64,000 nt of DNA from Diadema antillarum (lineage: Eukaryota). Each line of letters opens with the position of its first letter. The stretch's first letter is position 1. The translations under genes and the position numbers were made by a program. The notes beneath the pieces are model-generated. The model saw nothing but the letters and a program-made list of their open reading frames with translations. It did no database searches and had not been told where the DNA came from. Shown one piece after another: positions 1 to 11,720 of this stretch. The DNA is taken from positions 1,240,001 to 1,304,000 of the forward strand of contig NW_027271104.1 of the NCBI RefSeq assembly GCF_040938485.1, read 5' to 3'.

Positions 1-434
1 AAAAGAATAAGCGAGAATAAACTGTTCTTTTACATGTACACGAATTGACCTTGTAGTAAAATGACAACAATTCATTGATTTTAAATACTTTAATAGAGAC
101 GAAAAATTCATTTGTATGAAAACGTGTGTAAGAATAGCATATTTATGATACGGAGAGCTTTCTTTTGCCCAAATAGAACTCTGTTCAGAAGCGTTTAATG
201 AGCATTGCCAGAAGCTCAAATTTCATAATTAATAAATCTAAGGCAAAATCAAAGAGGGGGATAACGCAATTAACTTTTTTTGATAAATATGAAATTTTAA
301 CATGTTCATATATAACGTTTTACGGGAAATGATTTTGCAAATATGATCAATTTGTTTTCTTTATACAATCATATCCCACAATGTGTATGAATGTGTTGGA
401 ACAATTCGTATCATTATGACATATTGCCATTTTT

Positions 435-442
<8 letters not shown>

Positions 443-482
<40 letters not shown>
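443..482. repeat. (TA)n microsatellite; similar tracts near 3550, 17338, 29948, 47293, 50933, 63218 and 63346
   Basis: Directly visible. These tracts produce the YIYIYI ORFs in the track. Confidence 0.95.
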
Positions 483-484
<2 letters not shown>

Positions 485-2014
485 GTACAGTTTGTATGGA
501 AACGGAATGCAGAAAGAAAATTAACTGACTGGATACGTATTTTCCAAGAGAGTTTATCATCTACAATCAGACAATAATACCAAGAAATTTGAAATATGAT
601 GCACTTTCCAAAGTAAAATCGTAACTATTTCTGATCTAAAAATGAATAATTTACTTTGTGTGTTTTTTTTTAATTCAGTGATAATCGATTAACTCTGACC
701 AAGCTAGTCACTTTTCCCTATTCAAAAATCATTGATATAAATAATGAATGATATAGGGACGGCCCTGAAAGACTTCCCTGGGGAATCCCTCATTTAACTT
801 CCCTGATAAATGAATTACTATTTTTTAATGTAACAAATTGTCTTCTTTTAGCTAAATAAGTCTTGAACCACCCCAAGGCGTTCCCAATGTATTTCAAGGT
901 GCGGCAACGTGTAGAGTAAAAAGTATTATTAATTGTGTCGACTAGGCCTTCGAGAACATAGAAAAGTCTAAAGAAATACTAATTGAATGAGAACTGTGGT
1001 CAGTTGCATTAAAATGAAGAACTGCATGAATAGTAATGAATATGCTTTTGTCAAAAAACTTATTTTATCAGCATAGAAATTATGAGTATAATTCCCTCAA
1101 ATTTCCGACTTCTATATATATACAGCTGCAACCCCTATTTTCAAAATTCTAACTATGTTTTTCATTATCTAATTCTGAAAATATGTTGCCGCTCTTATAC
1201 AACCTTCCATGATACTTGCTTCACTAAAAAATATTTTTCTTATGCGAAATTGTACAAAAATCAAATATTTTCCTTTACACAAATAATCCTTGTTACTGAA
1301 TAAGATTTGATAGATCTTCCCTGCTTGAAAATTCATGTGATTCTCAAGTTTTTTTCTGAATGAAGCAACAGTGTTGAAAGCTTTAATAATCTGCAATCAT
1401 ATTTAGACAAACTTACACCATTTCTCGAACGCTTCACCCGACCCTTCATATATTAGGACCTATCACCTACGAAGGATCGTGTAACCACCCAACGTGAACG
1501 CGATCATCACCCGATGGAACAAAGTAAGCCCAGCCTTTCTGAAACCCAGGGTTTATCGGTGGAAAAAGAAGCGCAAAAGTAGAAACAGTGTAGATTTTGT
1601 CATTCCAAGCAGTATAGACTTTCCCCAATTTTTCGTATGCTTTCATTCTCATTAAATTCCCTCTGCCTAAAAGATGGACAATATTGAAAGAAGTGAAAAT
1701 AAATCCTTTGAATTGCATTGGATTTTGTATACTACATTGCACCATTGAATAGTCTATCCTATAATTTTCGTGATTTATGTGAAATGATATTAGTTCTACC
1801 ACATATCTGCTATCGCCTTCTCTGGAAAGTCAAAATGACTGTGTCCAGGGCGTATTTCTAGAGTGCGAAAAGGCTGTAAGATGCAACAAAATAGTTAAAA
1901 ATCTTCAGAAGTATCATCATAATTATCTAAACAATTCATCAACTTCAGGTCATGTGTAAAAATGTAGTGTACAATGATATACCCTGATTCTCTCTTCTAT
2001 TTCGTACTTCATAA

Positions 2015-2458
2015 TGTTGTTTAATATCCCTTCATCCCTTAATATCCCTTCTAATATCCCTTCCTTTCCGGGTTTCCCGAAGGGTCAAGGACCCATTGGC
2101 ACTGCAAGAGGCAGGTTCATAAAGGCGTCGACTGTCGACCAGCTCCGAGGCAGTAAGGGAGCATAGACTGTCGACCGGACTTCACTCCTGGATGCTGAGG
2201 AGACACCGCTAAGACGTCCGTCGAGAGAGCGACCACGCGAACGGCAATCGCGAAGAGTTGCTACGACAGACCACGTGACAGTCCATACCAGCACCAGCGT
2301 AACGGGGGCCCCGTCGTCGACCGACATCGTCATCGACCTGCATTGTCATCGTCATACGTCGTCATAAGCCATCGTCACACAACGTACATCCGTGACAGCC
2401 ATTCGAGGTGAAATGAATCCAATTTGAGTCTTTAATATCCCTTCGGAACGCGTGAACA
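2015..2458. mobile_element. Possible solo LTR
   Basis: GC/CpG-rich island bounded by TGTT...AACA, with four TAATATCCCTTC copies and repeated GTCGAC. No TSD found. Confidence 0.3.
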
Positions 2459-2484
2459 GCTGACTAGTTGTATTCCCCTCAGTG

Positions 2485-3055
2485 CTATACTGGCTGGTAA
2501 TTCTAATTCAAATTAATTCCAAATTTTCTCTGAATGTTAGTATTTGTATCTTCACTCTTTAGGTTTCCCGTATCTCCTCCGAGGACTCGCATGTAGGGGT
2601 TGTTCTCTTTTCACCATTATTCAAATCATACTACTACACTATTGTCAACATTGTTAAATCAACTGTTCTTACATCTGCAGAATGTGGTTGTCTGTATATC
2701 ACTATTAATGTATTGAGAAGATTCTGTTAGTGCACCAGGTATTTTTGCCTTTCATTTTTGTTTCTCTTTATTTTGGTCCTACGTTGCATCCGTGCTCCTC
2801 ATCTTTACACTCTGTTCAGAATTTGGGACCTACGCTTAACAAGCTCGCTTTTAAGTAGGTTCCGTCATATTTCTTTAGCGTTATACATAGAACCAAACGT
2901 ACGATGATTGACCATTATATGTTTTATATTCTTACATTAATTTACTGTACATCCAAGCCGGATATTATGATTCACTATGTTTTTATTATATTTGATGTAC
3001 ATTCCTTCATTGAGAAGTATGAAAATAAATTGAAATTGAAATTGAAATTGAAATT
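2485..3055 (+). mobile_element. LINE 3' UTR/tail, family Y copy 1
   Basis: TATACTGGCTG and ACGCTTAACAAGCT(C/T)GCTTTT blocks are shared with 22818-23140. Ends AATAAA(TTGAAA)n. Confidence 0.5.
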
Positions 3056-3548
3056 CATATATCTCCACAAATATATATGTAATATCACCTCAAAGACATG
3101 TCACAAAAATGGGCAATTGACGTTATACATTTTGGTTTATATAAAATCTTGCCTGCCGTTGTATATGGTATACTCTTCACTTACATGACTCTTCATTGAC
3201 AGAAATAGACTTTGCACGCAAACAATTCACACACAAGCTATTAAAGTCACACGCATGTGAAAACCACGGTATTCAAATTCCTCAGAAAGTAGGAATCTTT
3301 AAGCATTCCGATTTCTACTTTGGTCTGTTCTCCAATCATCCCTTGGTGTGAGTTAGACAGAGCAAAATGATGGTAAATCAACAGAACGTATAATTTTGTA
3401 TATTACGCGTCATTACCTCCTTGCTATCTCCATTTTTTGTGTTACCATTTTTTTAAAGACTCTATGGTTTTTGGTTTCGTTGTATGTCATTTGTTTTTCT
3501 TTCGTCGAACTATATCCTCTTGTGAGAATATTCTCGAGTTTCTGTTTG

Positions 3549-3589
<41 letters not shown>

Positions 3590-3612
3590 ACAACATCACA
3601 AGACTGCACTCA

Positions 3613-3668
3613 GCACCAATACAATCCTGAAGAAGGGCATTCGCCCGAAAGCTTGAATAAAGGGGTGC
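3613..3668 (+). ncRNA. Minimal type-I hammerhead-ribozyme-like motif, Penelope-like-element type
   Basis: CTGAAGA (3627-3633), extra A, stem II GGGC-ATTC-GCCC, GAAA (3647-3650), palindromic AGCT for stem III. Distal stem I is GCACC (3613-3617) with GGTGC (3664-3668). AATAAA at 3656-3661. Confidence 0.55.
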
Positions 3669-4014
3669 AACCTAACATCAGCCACGTCTATGTGGAAGTT
3701 CTGCTGCCAATTATTTTAACTGTCCTTGCACCGCCCCGCCATGTTGTGGTTAAGTCGTTTGCTGTCACTATACGTATATATATTTCTTAGAAATCTTAGA
3801 ATGAAGACCAATTTAACACTCACGGACACACATTCACCAAACCCGTATATCAACACTCACACTCACTCCTCTCTGCCCCTCTGCCCCCCTTTCTCTCACT
3901 GGCTCTCTCTCTCTCTTCGAATATATACTGATGGGGAGATGAGATTTTATTCTAAGACATATGATAAGTAGCAGGGAACCGTTCTGCTCACCTAAATAGT
4001 GCCATCGAAATATT

Positions 4015-4214
4015 NNNNNNNNNNNNNNNNNNNNNNNNNNNNNNNNNNNNNNNNNNNNNNNNNNNNNNNNNNNNNNNNNNNNNNNNNNNNNNNNNNNNNN
4101 NNNNNNNNNNNNNNNNNNNNNNNNNNNNNNNNNNNNNNNNNNNNNNNNNNNNNNNNNNNNNNNNNNNNNNNNNNNNNNNNNNNNNNNNNNNNNNNNNNNN
4201 NNNNNNNNNNNNNN
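4015..4214. other. Assembly gap (200 N)
   Basis: Run of n. Confidence 1.
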
Positions 4215-5535
4215 ACTCTTCAAGGCAGTATCTACTAAAGAAGATGCTCGCATTTAAAGTAAATCAGTGTTTGGGCAGGAAGGTATATCTTTCTCTCTGA
4301 CAATTACTCTGTGATTATTTGCTGACATGGATGCATGGTGTTTACTCGTTTGTTTGTTTTTATATTTCATTTTAGCATGATCCAATGATGAATTAAAGTC
4401 TATCCTATGGAAAGGGTCAGTCATTGACTGATGTGTTTTTCTTTTCTAAAAAGAAGCCCTTTTTGCATTCCTAATTTTCGTTTTCTTCTCGTTGAAGAAA
4501 CCGTCATTAATTGTCACATTCGCAGAATATTTGGTACAGTTACAGTGCCAATACAACAATAATATTGACCATATCAAAGTATGTCATATACAACTCATGT
4601 TTTATTCCGAAACAGACAAAATTCTGTCACAATTAGAATTCACACTTTAGTGACTTTTTTTTTGTCATATAGGCGTTATTCACTTCCTTTACTAAGTATT
4701 ATTAATAGTCTCAACTTCTCATCCCCTGTATGCTTGTTATTCACAAAACACAAATTATTCGGGACTTACAGACAAAAAAGTTTGCTTTTATGAAGGTTCA
4801 GTCACACTTCCTTTTGTACAACCCGAATTGTAATTTTGCTTTCTACCACTTATCATTGAAATTACCATGTGCATTCTATATATATCTTCCACTTGATAGA
4901 ATTGATGCAAGATCACATGAGAAGAATGAAATAAACTGAAACTGAATAAAGAACGCAAAGTTAAACATTAGGAAATACTCTGACGCATAGAAACACACAC
5001 CATATTTAGCATGCACACCTTCACAAATTTTGCGTATTCACTGCATGAAGCATTCTTTTATGTGACACAAACACATATCTAAAACTGTTCGTGGACGCAG
5101 ATATAATGTACAAACCTTTTCCATCTCTCTTTTTTTCTTTTTTTTTCTCAGTTGTCAGTTTTTTTGCAATGTTTCTTTGACATTCTACTCATAGCACATC
5201 GTATCACGAGCAAGAGGACAATGTGACCAACACGGTATTGATTGTGAACATAGCCTGTTGATTCATTTTCCTTTGCTCTTCCTAAACATTTCACATTTTG
5301 CTGAGTTTGTGAAATACATGTTCTGCATGTTGCGCTCTGTCACTAAAGAATACAGCCCTAAACCATTTTCATTCATCCTTCCACCTTGTTTTTGTATTTC
5401 GGAAAACACGTACTCTGTAGTAGAAATGAAAACAAATCAATCTATAAGAAAAAAACAATCATTTCAATGATTTGGAAGGATTTTGGTCATTCAGGGAAAA
5501 AATGAAACGGCACGTCATTTTGTGTTTCGTCTCAT

Positions 5536-8500
5536 TCATGGCATCTTTACATGGAGGCTGTGCCTTGTGACGACATCAAGAAGATAGTCGTAACATTCGG
5601 GAACGCCTGGCTTGTAATCGAAGTTGCAGACACAGTTGGTTTCCTTGTTACAGCAGGGTACGATGGATTTGGTCTTATCCTGGATATCCAAGATAGAAGT
5701 ACCCTTGACCAGGACAGCCTCGTGAGCTTCGATAGCAGCTTTGACCTGGTCAAGCACGTCTTCGTAACCGCATGTGCCGAGTGGGTAGGCTTCGTCGGGG
5801 TCTTTCTCGATGTCGAACAGAAGGGGTGGGTCGTGCAAGGTTACGCAGTCACCTTCGCACTCGTTGCAGAGGAAGTAATCGTCGATGGGGAACCCGCCAT
5901 CGCATCTCTTCCCGTACTCGGACTGTGAAAGGACGGCCTGGGTGCGGAAGTGGGCCTTGTATTTTCCGACGCGAACTGCCATCAGCTTGTCTTTGCAATA
6001 GTAGAAGAAGTTGTCATGGGGGGATGTGGCCCCGTTTAGGATGACGTCCTTGATGTTCTTGCCATCGTAGACACGGTCAGTAGGGAGAGAGGAGCCTGCC
6101 AAGTCGGCTGCCGTGACGATGATGTCCATGGAGGTGACCAGCTCGTGGGAGACACCGGGTGTGACCATACCGGGCCAGTAGACGATGTAAGGAATACGAT
6201 GACCACCCTCCCACGAAAGCGACTTCCCACCTATTTTGGTTGATAAAACAAATCAAAGCCCATTCTTCATCTAATTATCTTCCTCGGTGTATATGTCCTG
6301 TTTTAGTGTCAGGCAACATTCTTTATCTAGATTTATGGATTATACCCCGAATCGCGTTATAATAAAAAAAAAAGAATATCTTAGGGCAGAACCACGCTCA
6401 TTACTTCTGTTTTATTTGTGTCCTGTTATTACAAACTAATAGCATGATATAGTTTTCGTGTGCATTTAGTGATTACAAGCAAGTACTTAACGTTGCTTAC
6501 GAAAATTTAATATTTTTTTTTTAGCCTTGAATAAGATGCAACCTTGAAATTAAAGGCAGAGAACAACTTATCACTTGCTTATTTATAGAAGGACAGGCTT
6601 CTTCAAACCAAATTCAATTTAATTTTAACTCTTTTGCACAAACCTTGGAAAACGTTGGCGCTGCCGCCCTCCTCACAGTATTCTCGATGTGGACCGTGAT
6701 CGGAGATGAAAAAGACGATGGTGTTGTCCTCGAGTTCGTTGTCTCTAAGGGTCTGCACGATGGTCTCGACACCACTGTGCAACTCGTTTAGGTTGTCTCC
6801 ATAGCGACCTGAAAGGAAGGAGAAAGACGCAGCGAAATAAGAATAAACTGGATGTTGTGATATGAAAACTTATATAATTTGTTACTTTTATCGTTTTTCA
6901 TGCCCTTTAAACACTTAATATAGAGTGGTAAAGGCCATAACGAATTCCCTAGGTAAGTATTAATACTTCGAGTTAGCTTTGCAATGTACTGTGGGTTCGA
7001 GGGGTGGCACCCTTGCTGCGGTGTGCCAGCACTTTATATACATTAAAAAGTGTAAGGTCCAATACGAAAATTCGCTATGTTCTTGCGTTGATATTCGATG
7101 CAATGAGATTGTGTCAAGTGATTGAATAGTACTGTCGCCAGAAATGCTCATGATTTTGTATCTGTTTTCTTTTTGTTTTGTTGAGGGATCATTGTAATTT
7201 GATATCTTTCCTATCGTATAGAAAGAATCATCATCATGGGTATCATCTGGAGGCTTACCGCGGCGAGATGAGCAGGAGAAGTCGTCCGATGAGAAGAGAC
7301 TGGTGTGCATGTGAGCGAAGGCCATGTAGAGGAAAAACGGGTTGTCGACGTTGTTCTCAATAAAGCCGACAGCGTCCTGGGTGAATAGCTGGGTGAGTCC
7401 ACGGTGCTCGAACGGCTGGGACACGAGGGTTGCGTTGTTGTAGAGGTAACAGACGTCGGTACGGGGGAAGTCCATGTGGAGCTAAATCCAAGGTAGGGAT
7501 AGTATTTGGTCAGCCTCGCTCAGTGTCTGATTAAAGTGGACAGTAACTAAATGTTGCTGCTCCTCGTTTCTTTCAATGTAAACTGTAAGCAACATTCATT
7601 GTGGGGTTCAATATGTAGTTGTTGCCATGTATCTTATTCCAAGTGTCTCGGTATTTTTGTTTTCGTTGCTGGAGTTTCAAAAGGAATAGTCAAAAGTTCT
7701 CTAACATTTATTTTCCTCTAATCAATTTTTACCATAATTACCATTGCTTATTTCAATTGCAGCGCTTTGCAAAAACCTCTTAGTTACCAAAAAATGTATA
7801 AGTAGTTCTTAAATTGGCTTATTGAAGATTCAAGTTTAAGTTTATCTCTGAAGTTGCCGTACTTTTTGAAGATTTCTTCCTGACGCATGTTTGTGCAGAT
7901 TACATAGTAAAAAGAAATTAGATTTAATCCTTAATTTTGATAACGAACCCACACAAAGATTCAAACTTATCCATCCAATAAGGGGAAAAATCACCTTAAG
8001 GACTAAGAGACACAAGCCAAGCAGCAGGAAATAAGCTGTGGAAAAGTTTTACTAACTTTTCTAGTGGTTCTATATATGTATTTTTTTTTGGGGGGGGGAA
8101 TAAAATGGAAGAATAGAAGTTCTTTAAAGATTCGCATGTGACCGACATGAACATGAAAAAAAGGCGTATTTACCCCAGTGTCGTCACATGCCCAGCTGTT
8201 GCCGAAGGGAAGATTGTGGCCGACGAAATCGAAGCCGTGGTTGTAAGGGAGATGAGCTCCGTCTGTTGAACTGTTTTCATTGATACCTGGCAAGATGTAA
8301 GAAAGAGAAAGACAGGGTGAGAGATTCGTTTGTTTTAGGTTTTCGTGTCTTCTTTGTGTATATAACTCTGCAAGGCGGTCATATATCGTGATAAGCATGT
8401 AAAGCCTATTTAAGAGCAACTCATGAACTAAAAGGCAACCACGAGCTATTTATAACTTGTCGTTGAAAGTTCTAGAAATTTCTATAATTAATTTTTCCCC

Positions 8501-10117
8501 ATTCTGTTTAATTCATTTGACTAAAAATGTTTTCTCCTTTTCTTGTCTTTTTTATGTCTGGGTCGAGTCGGAAATAGTTTAGGTATTTGCTTTTGTTTGC
8601 TAGTGGCATGAATGGCGATTGATAGATAGGGACATATCAGTTTGTCAAGAAACTTTATTTAGTTTATTTTTATAACTTGCATGCACACAGATCTGTAATG
8701 TGGTTGAAATAGAAAACATCCTCTAATTTATCCCTGTAAACCGAAATCAGAATTTACGAAAGACTATCTTACGCGATGGCGTACTGTAGTCCTTTGAAAC
8801 AAATGTGGACATAATCGTGATCATGCCAACAACCCTCTTTATCGACCTCACCACTGGAATCACACCTCGAATGACAATGCTAGCTTTCGATTGTTGCACA
8901 TCATACTGCTTCGGTGAACTCACCGAGATGCCATTTGCCAATCATGCCGGTGGTGTAGCCGCTTGCCTTGACGGCCTCGGCTATGGTGACTTCGCTCTTC
9001 GGCAAACCAGTCTTGGTCCATGGCAAGAAGACACGGGTGTTACCGTACACACCAGTCCTGATCGGGAGACGGCCTGTTGTAAAAAGGGAGAGACAGAATC
9101 TTGATCAGTGTAGATAGTTATTAAAGTCTACATAAGTCTACATGTTGAGGTACTGTAGTCTAATTACATAATAAGATTCTCGACCCTCGTTCGCAGGACG
9201 AACCCAGGTTCAAGTCCTGTTCCGTGTTTACGTCCGTTGATAAAACGTTTTTACCAACAATGTCCCTCACGACGAGCATGTATAAACGGTGTTAATGAGT
9301 AGCAACGCAAGAGTAATGATAATGACAGGTCCCTCGACTGTACATAACAGTGCTAATACTAAAGAGACTGCCCTGGACACATATCTACATTTTATCATCG
9401 CCATTATTGATTTATGTAATATTTTAATCATGTGAAATACAATAATCATATGCATGGACGTCTGTTGTATATATTATATTTATTGCACTGGTTTAAAGGT
9501 TGTCCTAGTGTTCTCTTCATTCGATGGGGCATCTTCAATACAAGTATTCGTTCATTGATCAGGAAGAGGGGCCATATACTCATAAACGAGCTAATCCAGG
9601 AACCCATTCAATTTCTTCTTTCGAGGAAATCAAAAGGGACTTCTTTCGCAAAATATCTTGTGTGATGAAAACGCTCGCATCCGGTTTAATTCAAACTCTG
9701 GATTTCCTGTTACAGGGTAAATGCTTTCCTGGAAACGATTTAAATACTCGCCATATCCACTATGTAATATTATAGAGAAAGAAAGGCAAAGAGAAGTAAA
9801 AACAGATTAACTTTAGGAGAAACACCAGCAGTCCAAAATGTTTAACAAAAAATATTTTTAACGGGAAATTATGAAGTTTCTATGAAACACACATTCTGCA
9901 TTGTGGTTGTGAAAAATAAAAATCGACAAAGAAGAAATAGCAGGTCTACAACTGGCACACAACGGCAGTTTTGTTGTTTACGAATGAAATAGGAAGGTAA
10001 CATGAGGTACTCCGGAAAATGTGCTTGAAACCTATTGATATTGCTGTCACCCTTCTGCGAAACTTGAAGAATACAAAATTGAATATTGCTTAAAAAACAC
10101 ACACACATATGCACACA

Positions 10118-10153
<36 letters not shown>

Positions 10154-11058
10154 ACCCACACTGGAGCCGCTACTCTATTCGCACAAAACATACTGAGAAC
10201 ATAAAGAAATGTAAAGTTTATTCGGTTATTAGTAAAGCCTTTTATTAAGAAACAAGAAAGAAAAGAAAAAGAATGCATTGTCATGAGTAAGTATGTTCTA
10301 TTATACTAGTCAGGAAAGTTGGATACAATCTATCAATGAATTAATGTCCTCACGTGCCAAATGAAACATCATCTTGTTCATGCGGCTGAAAGGTTTCTCA
10401 ATTAATTCATTTACTGTTTGAATTTTACTGAAAAAAAAAACAGGAGCCCTTGTTATGAGACTTCATCACAAACAGAGATAAGAAATACAAATTTACCATC
10501 AAATCGAACGTCATAGAATTATTTAAAGATTCACTACAGCAATTCCAAATCACAGAAAGTTGGACCAAATAGTCCAAATTTTATAATTATTACGAGCTGA
10601 TGCATGTCTCAGCAGGGTTTAACCCAGCCTTCATTAACGAGAAAAATAAGTCATTATTGTCTACAATGCTTACCCGTCATGATGGCAGATCTACTAGGTG
10701 TGCAGACGGAGTCGCCAACGTACCCGTTGGTGAACCTCAGACCAGCTACGGCCAACTCGTCGATGAAGCCGGGCTCCTGGCTGGGATGACCATACGACGT
10801 CAGGTCTCCGTAGCCCATGTCGTCGGCAATCAGGAGGACGATGTTGGGCTTGTCCATCGGGTCTCGATCAGCCCCTGACGGCCCACCCCCTAGCAGGCCT
10901 GTGAGAATTTGCAGCCAGTCCGGATAGTCATCGCCGATCTCGTTATGGATAGCGTCGATGATGGTCTGTGGGAGGTCGGCGATGCCGGTCACGTTCAAGC
11001 TCTGCTGGCCATTGACAAGCCCAACGAGCAGCGTCAGACTAAGTACAAAAAACTTCAT
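5536..11058 (-). CDS. Ars: Arylsulfatase paralog A (secreted, sea-urchin Ars type), 6 coding exons, 576 aa
   Basis: Exons read by hand: 11058-10674, 9073-8924, 8286-8174, 7481-7259, 6808-6644, 6230-5536 (1731 nt, open, ends TGA). All introns are GT-AG, phases 1,1,0,1,1. Signal-peptide-like N-terminus [17 protein letters not shown]. Motifs [38 protein letters not shown]. Confidence 0.95.
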
Positions 11059-11099
11059 CCTGAGTTCCTTTCACCAGGAGCAAGACGAAAGATGATCTA

Positions 11100-11720
11100 C
11101 CCAAATATTTCCTGTAGATTATATAGGATTCTTGGTCATGATTTTTTTCCCTTATCCAGTGCTTGTTCTATTGTTATTTTAATGTAATGTCAGAGACCTA
11201 GAGGTATCACAGGTTTTTTGTTTTTTCCGTCTTAAATCTAATCATGTAATCCCTTCAATATGACCACAAGCCTAGTACTAACGCGTAACAAACGAATGGC
11301 CTGTGTAAAATACTCCCTTTGTTCACCGGAAAAACAGATTGCCGTCTTCAAATCCGAAAACACATGACATGCATCTACGAAAGCATGAAGCGTTTCTTTT
11401 TTAATGATTTTACTGCTCTTTCGTGTCTATCCGATCGTTTTGGGTGCAACAGCTTAAGTATCTAGTCCATCACGTGTTCTGCGCATCCTATGCTTTAAAA
11501 AGGGGGAGTTATGATGTAGCTTGGCTCCAAGTGGAAGACACAAATCAGAGAAAGAGAAGAATAGGGATGGAGATTTTACCTTTTTTATCGAGTCAAGCAA
11601 TCAAAAGCAGCACTGGATAATTCCGAAACACGCTGTGCAAGAGGCAGTGCAGATCAATGCAGTTTTATTTTTCTTGTAGACAGGTGCTAAGATGTACGAC
11701 AAGGAACAAAATCACATCCC
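11100..11720 (-). promoter_or_regulatory. Proximal promoter of paralog A
   Basis: TATA-like CTATATAAT at 11126-11118, TAATCC at 11247-11252, CTTTGTT at 11317-11323, CACGTG at 11471-11476. All four have counterparts upstream of B. Confidence 0.65.

Noticed and set aside
3834-4253. ORFs crossing N gaps, and YIYI/VCVC ORFs throughout
   Set aside because: Artefacts of gaps and microsatellites.
5551-6230. Long antisense and alternative-frame ORFs over Ars exons (also 15903-16443, 20471-20962, 41810-42263, 42944-43488)
   Set aside because: Shadow ORFs of GC-rich, codon-biased exons with no independent motifs.
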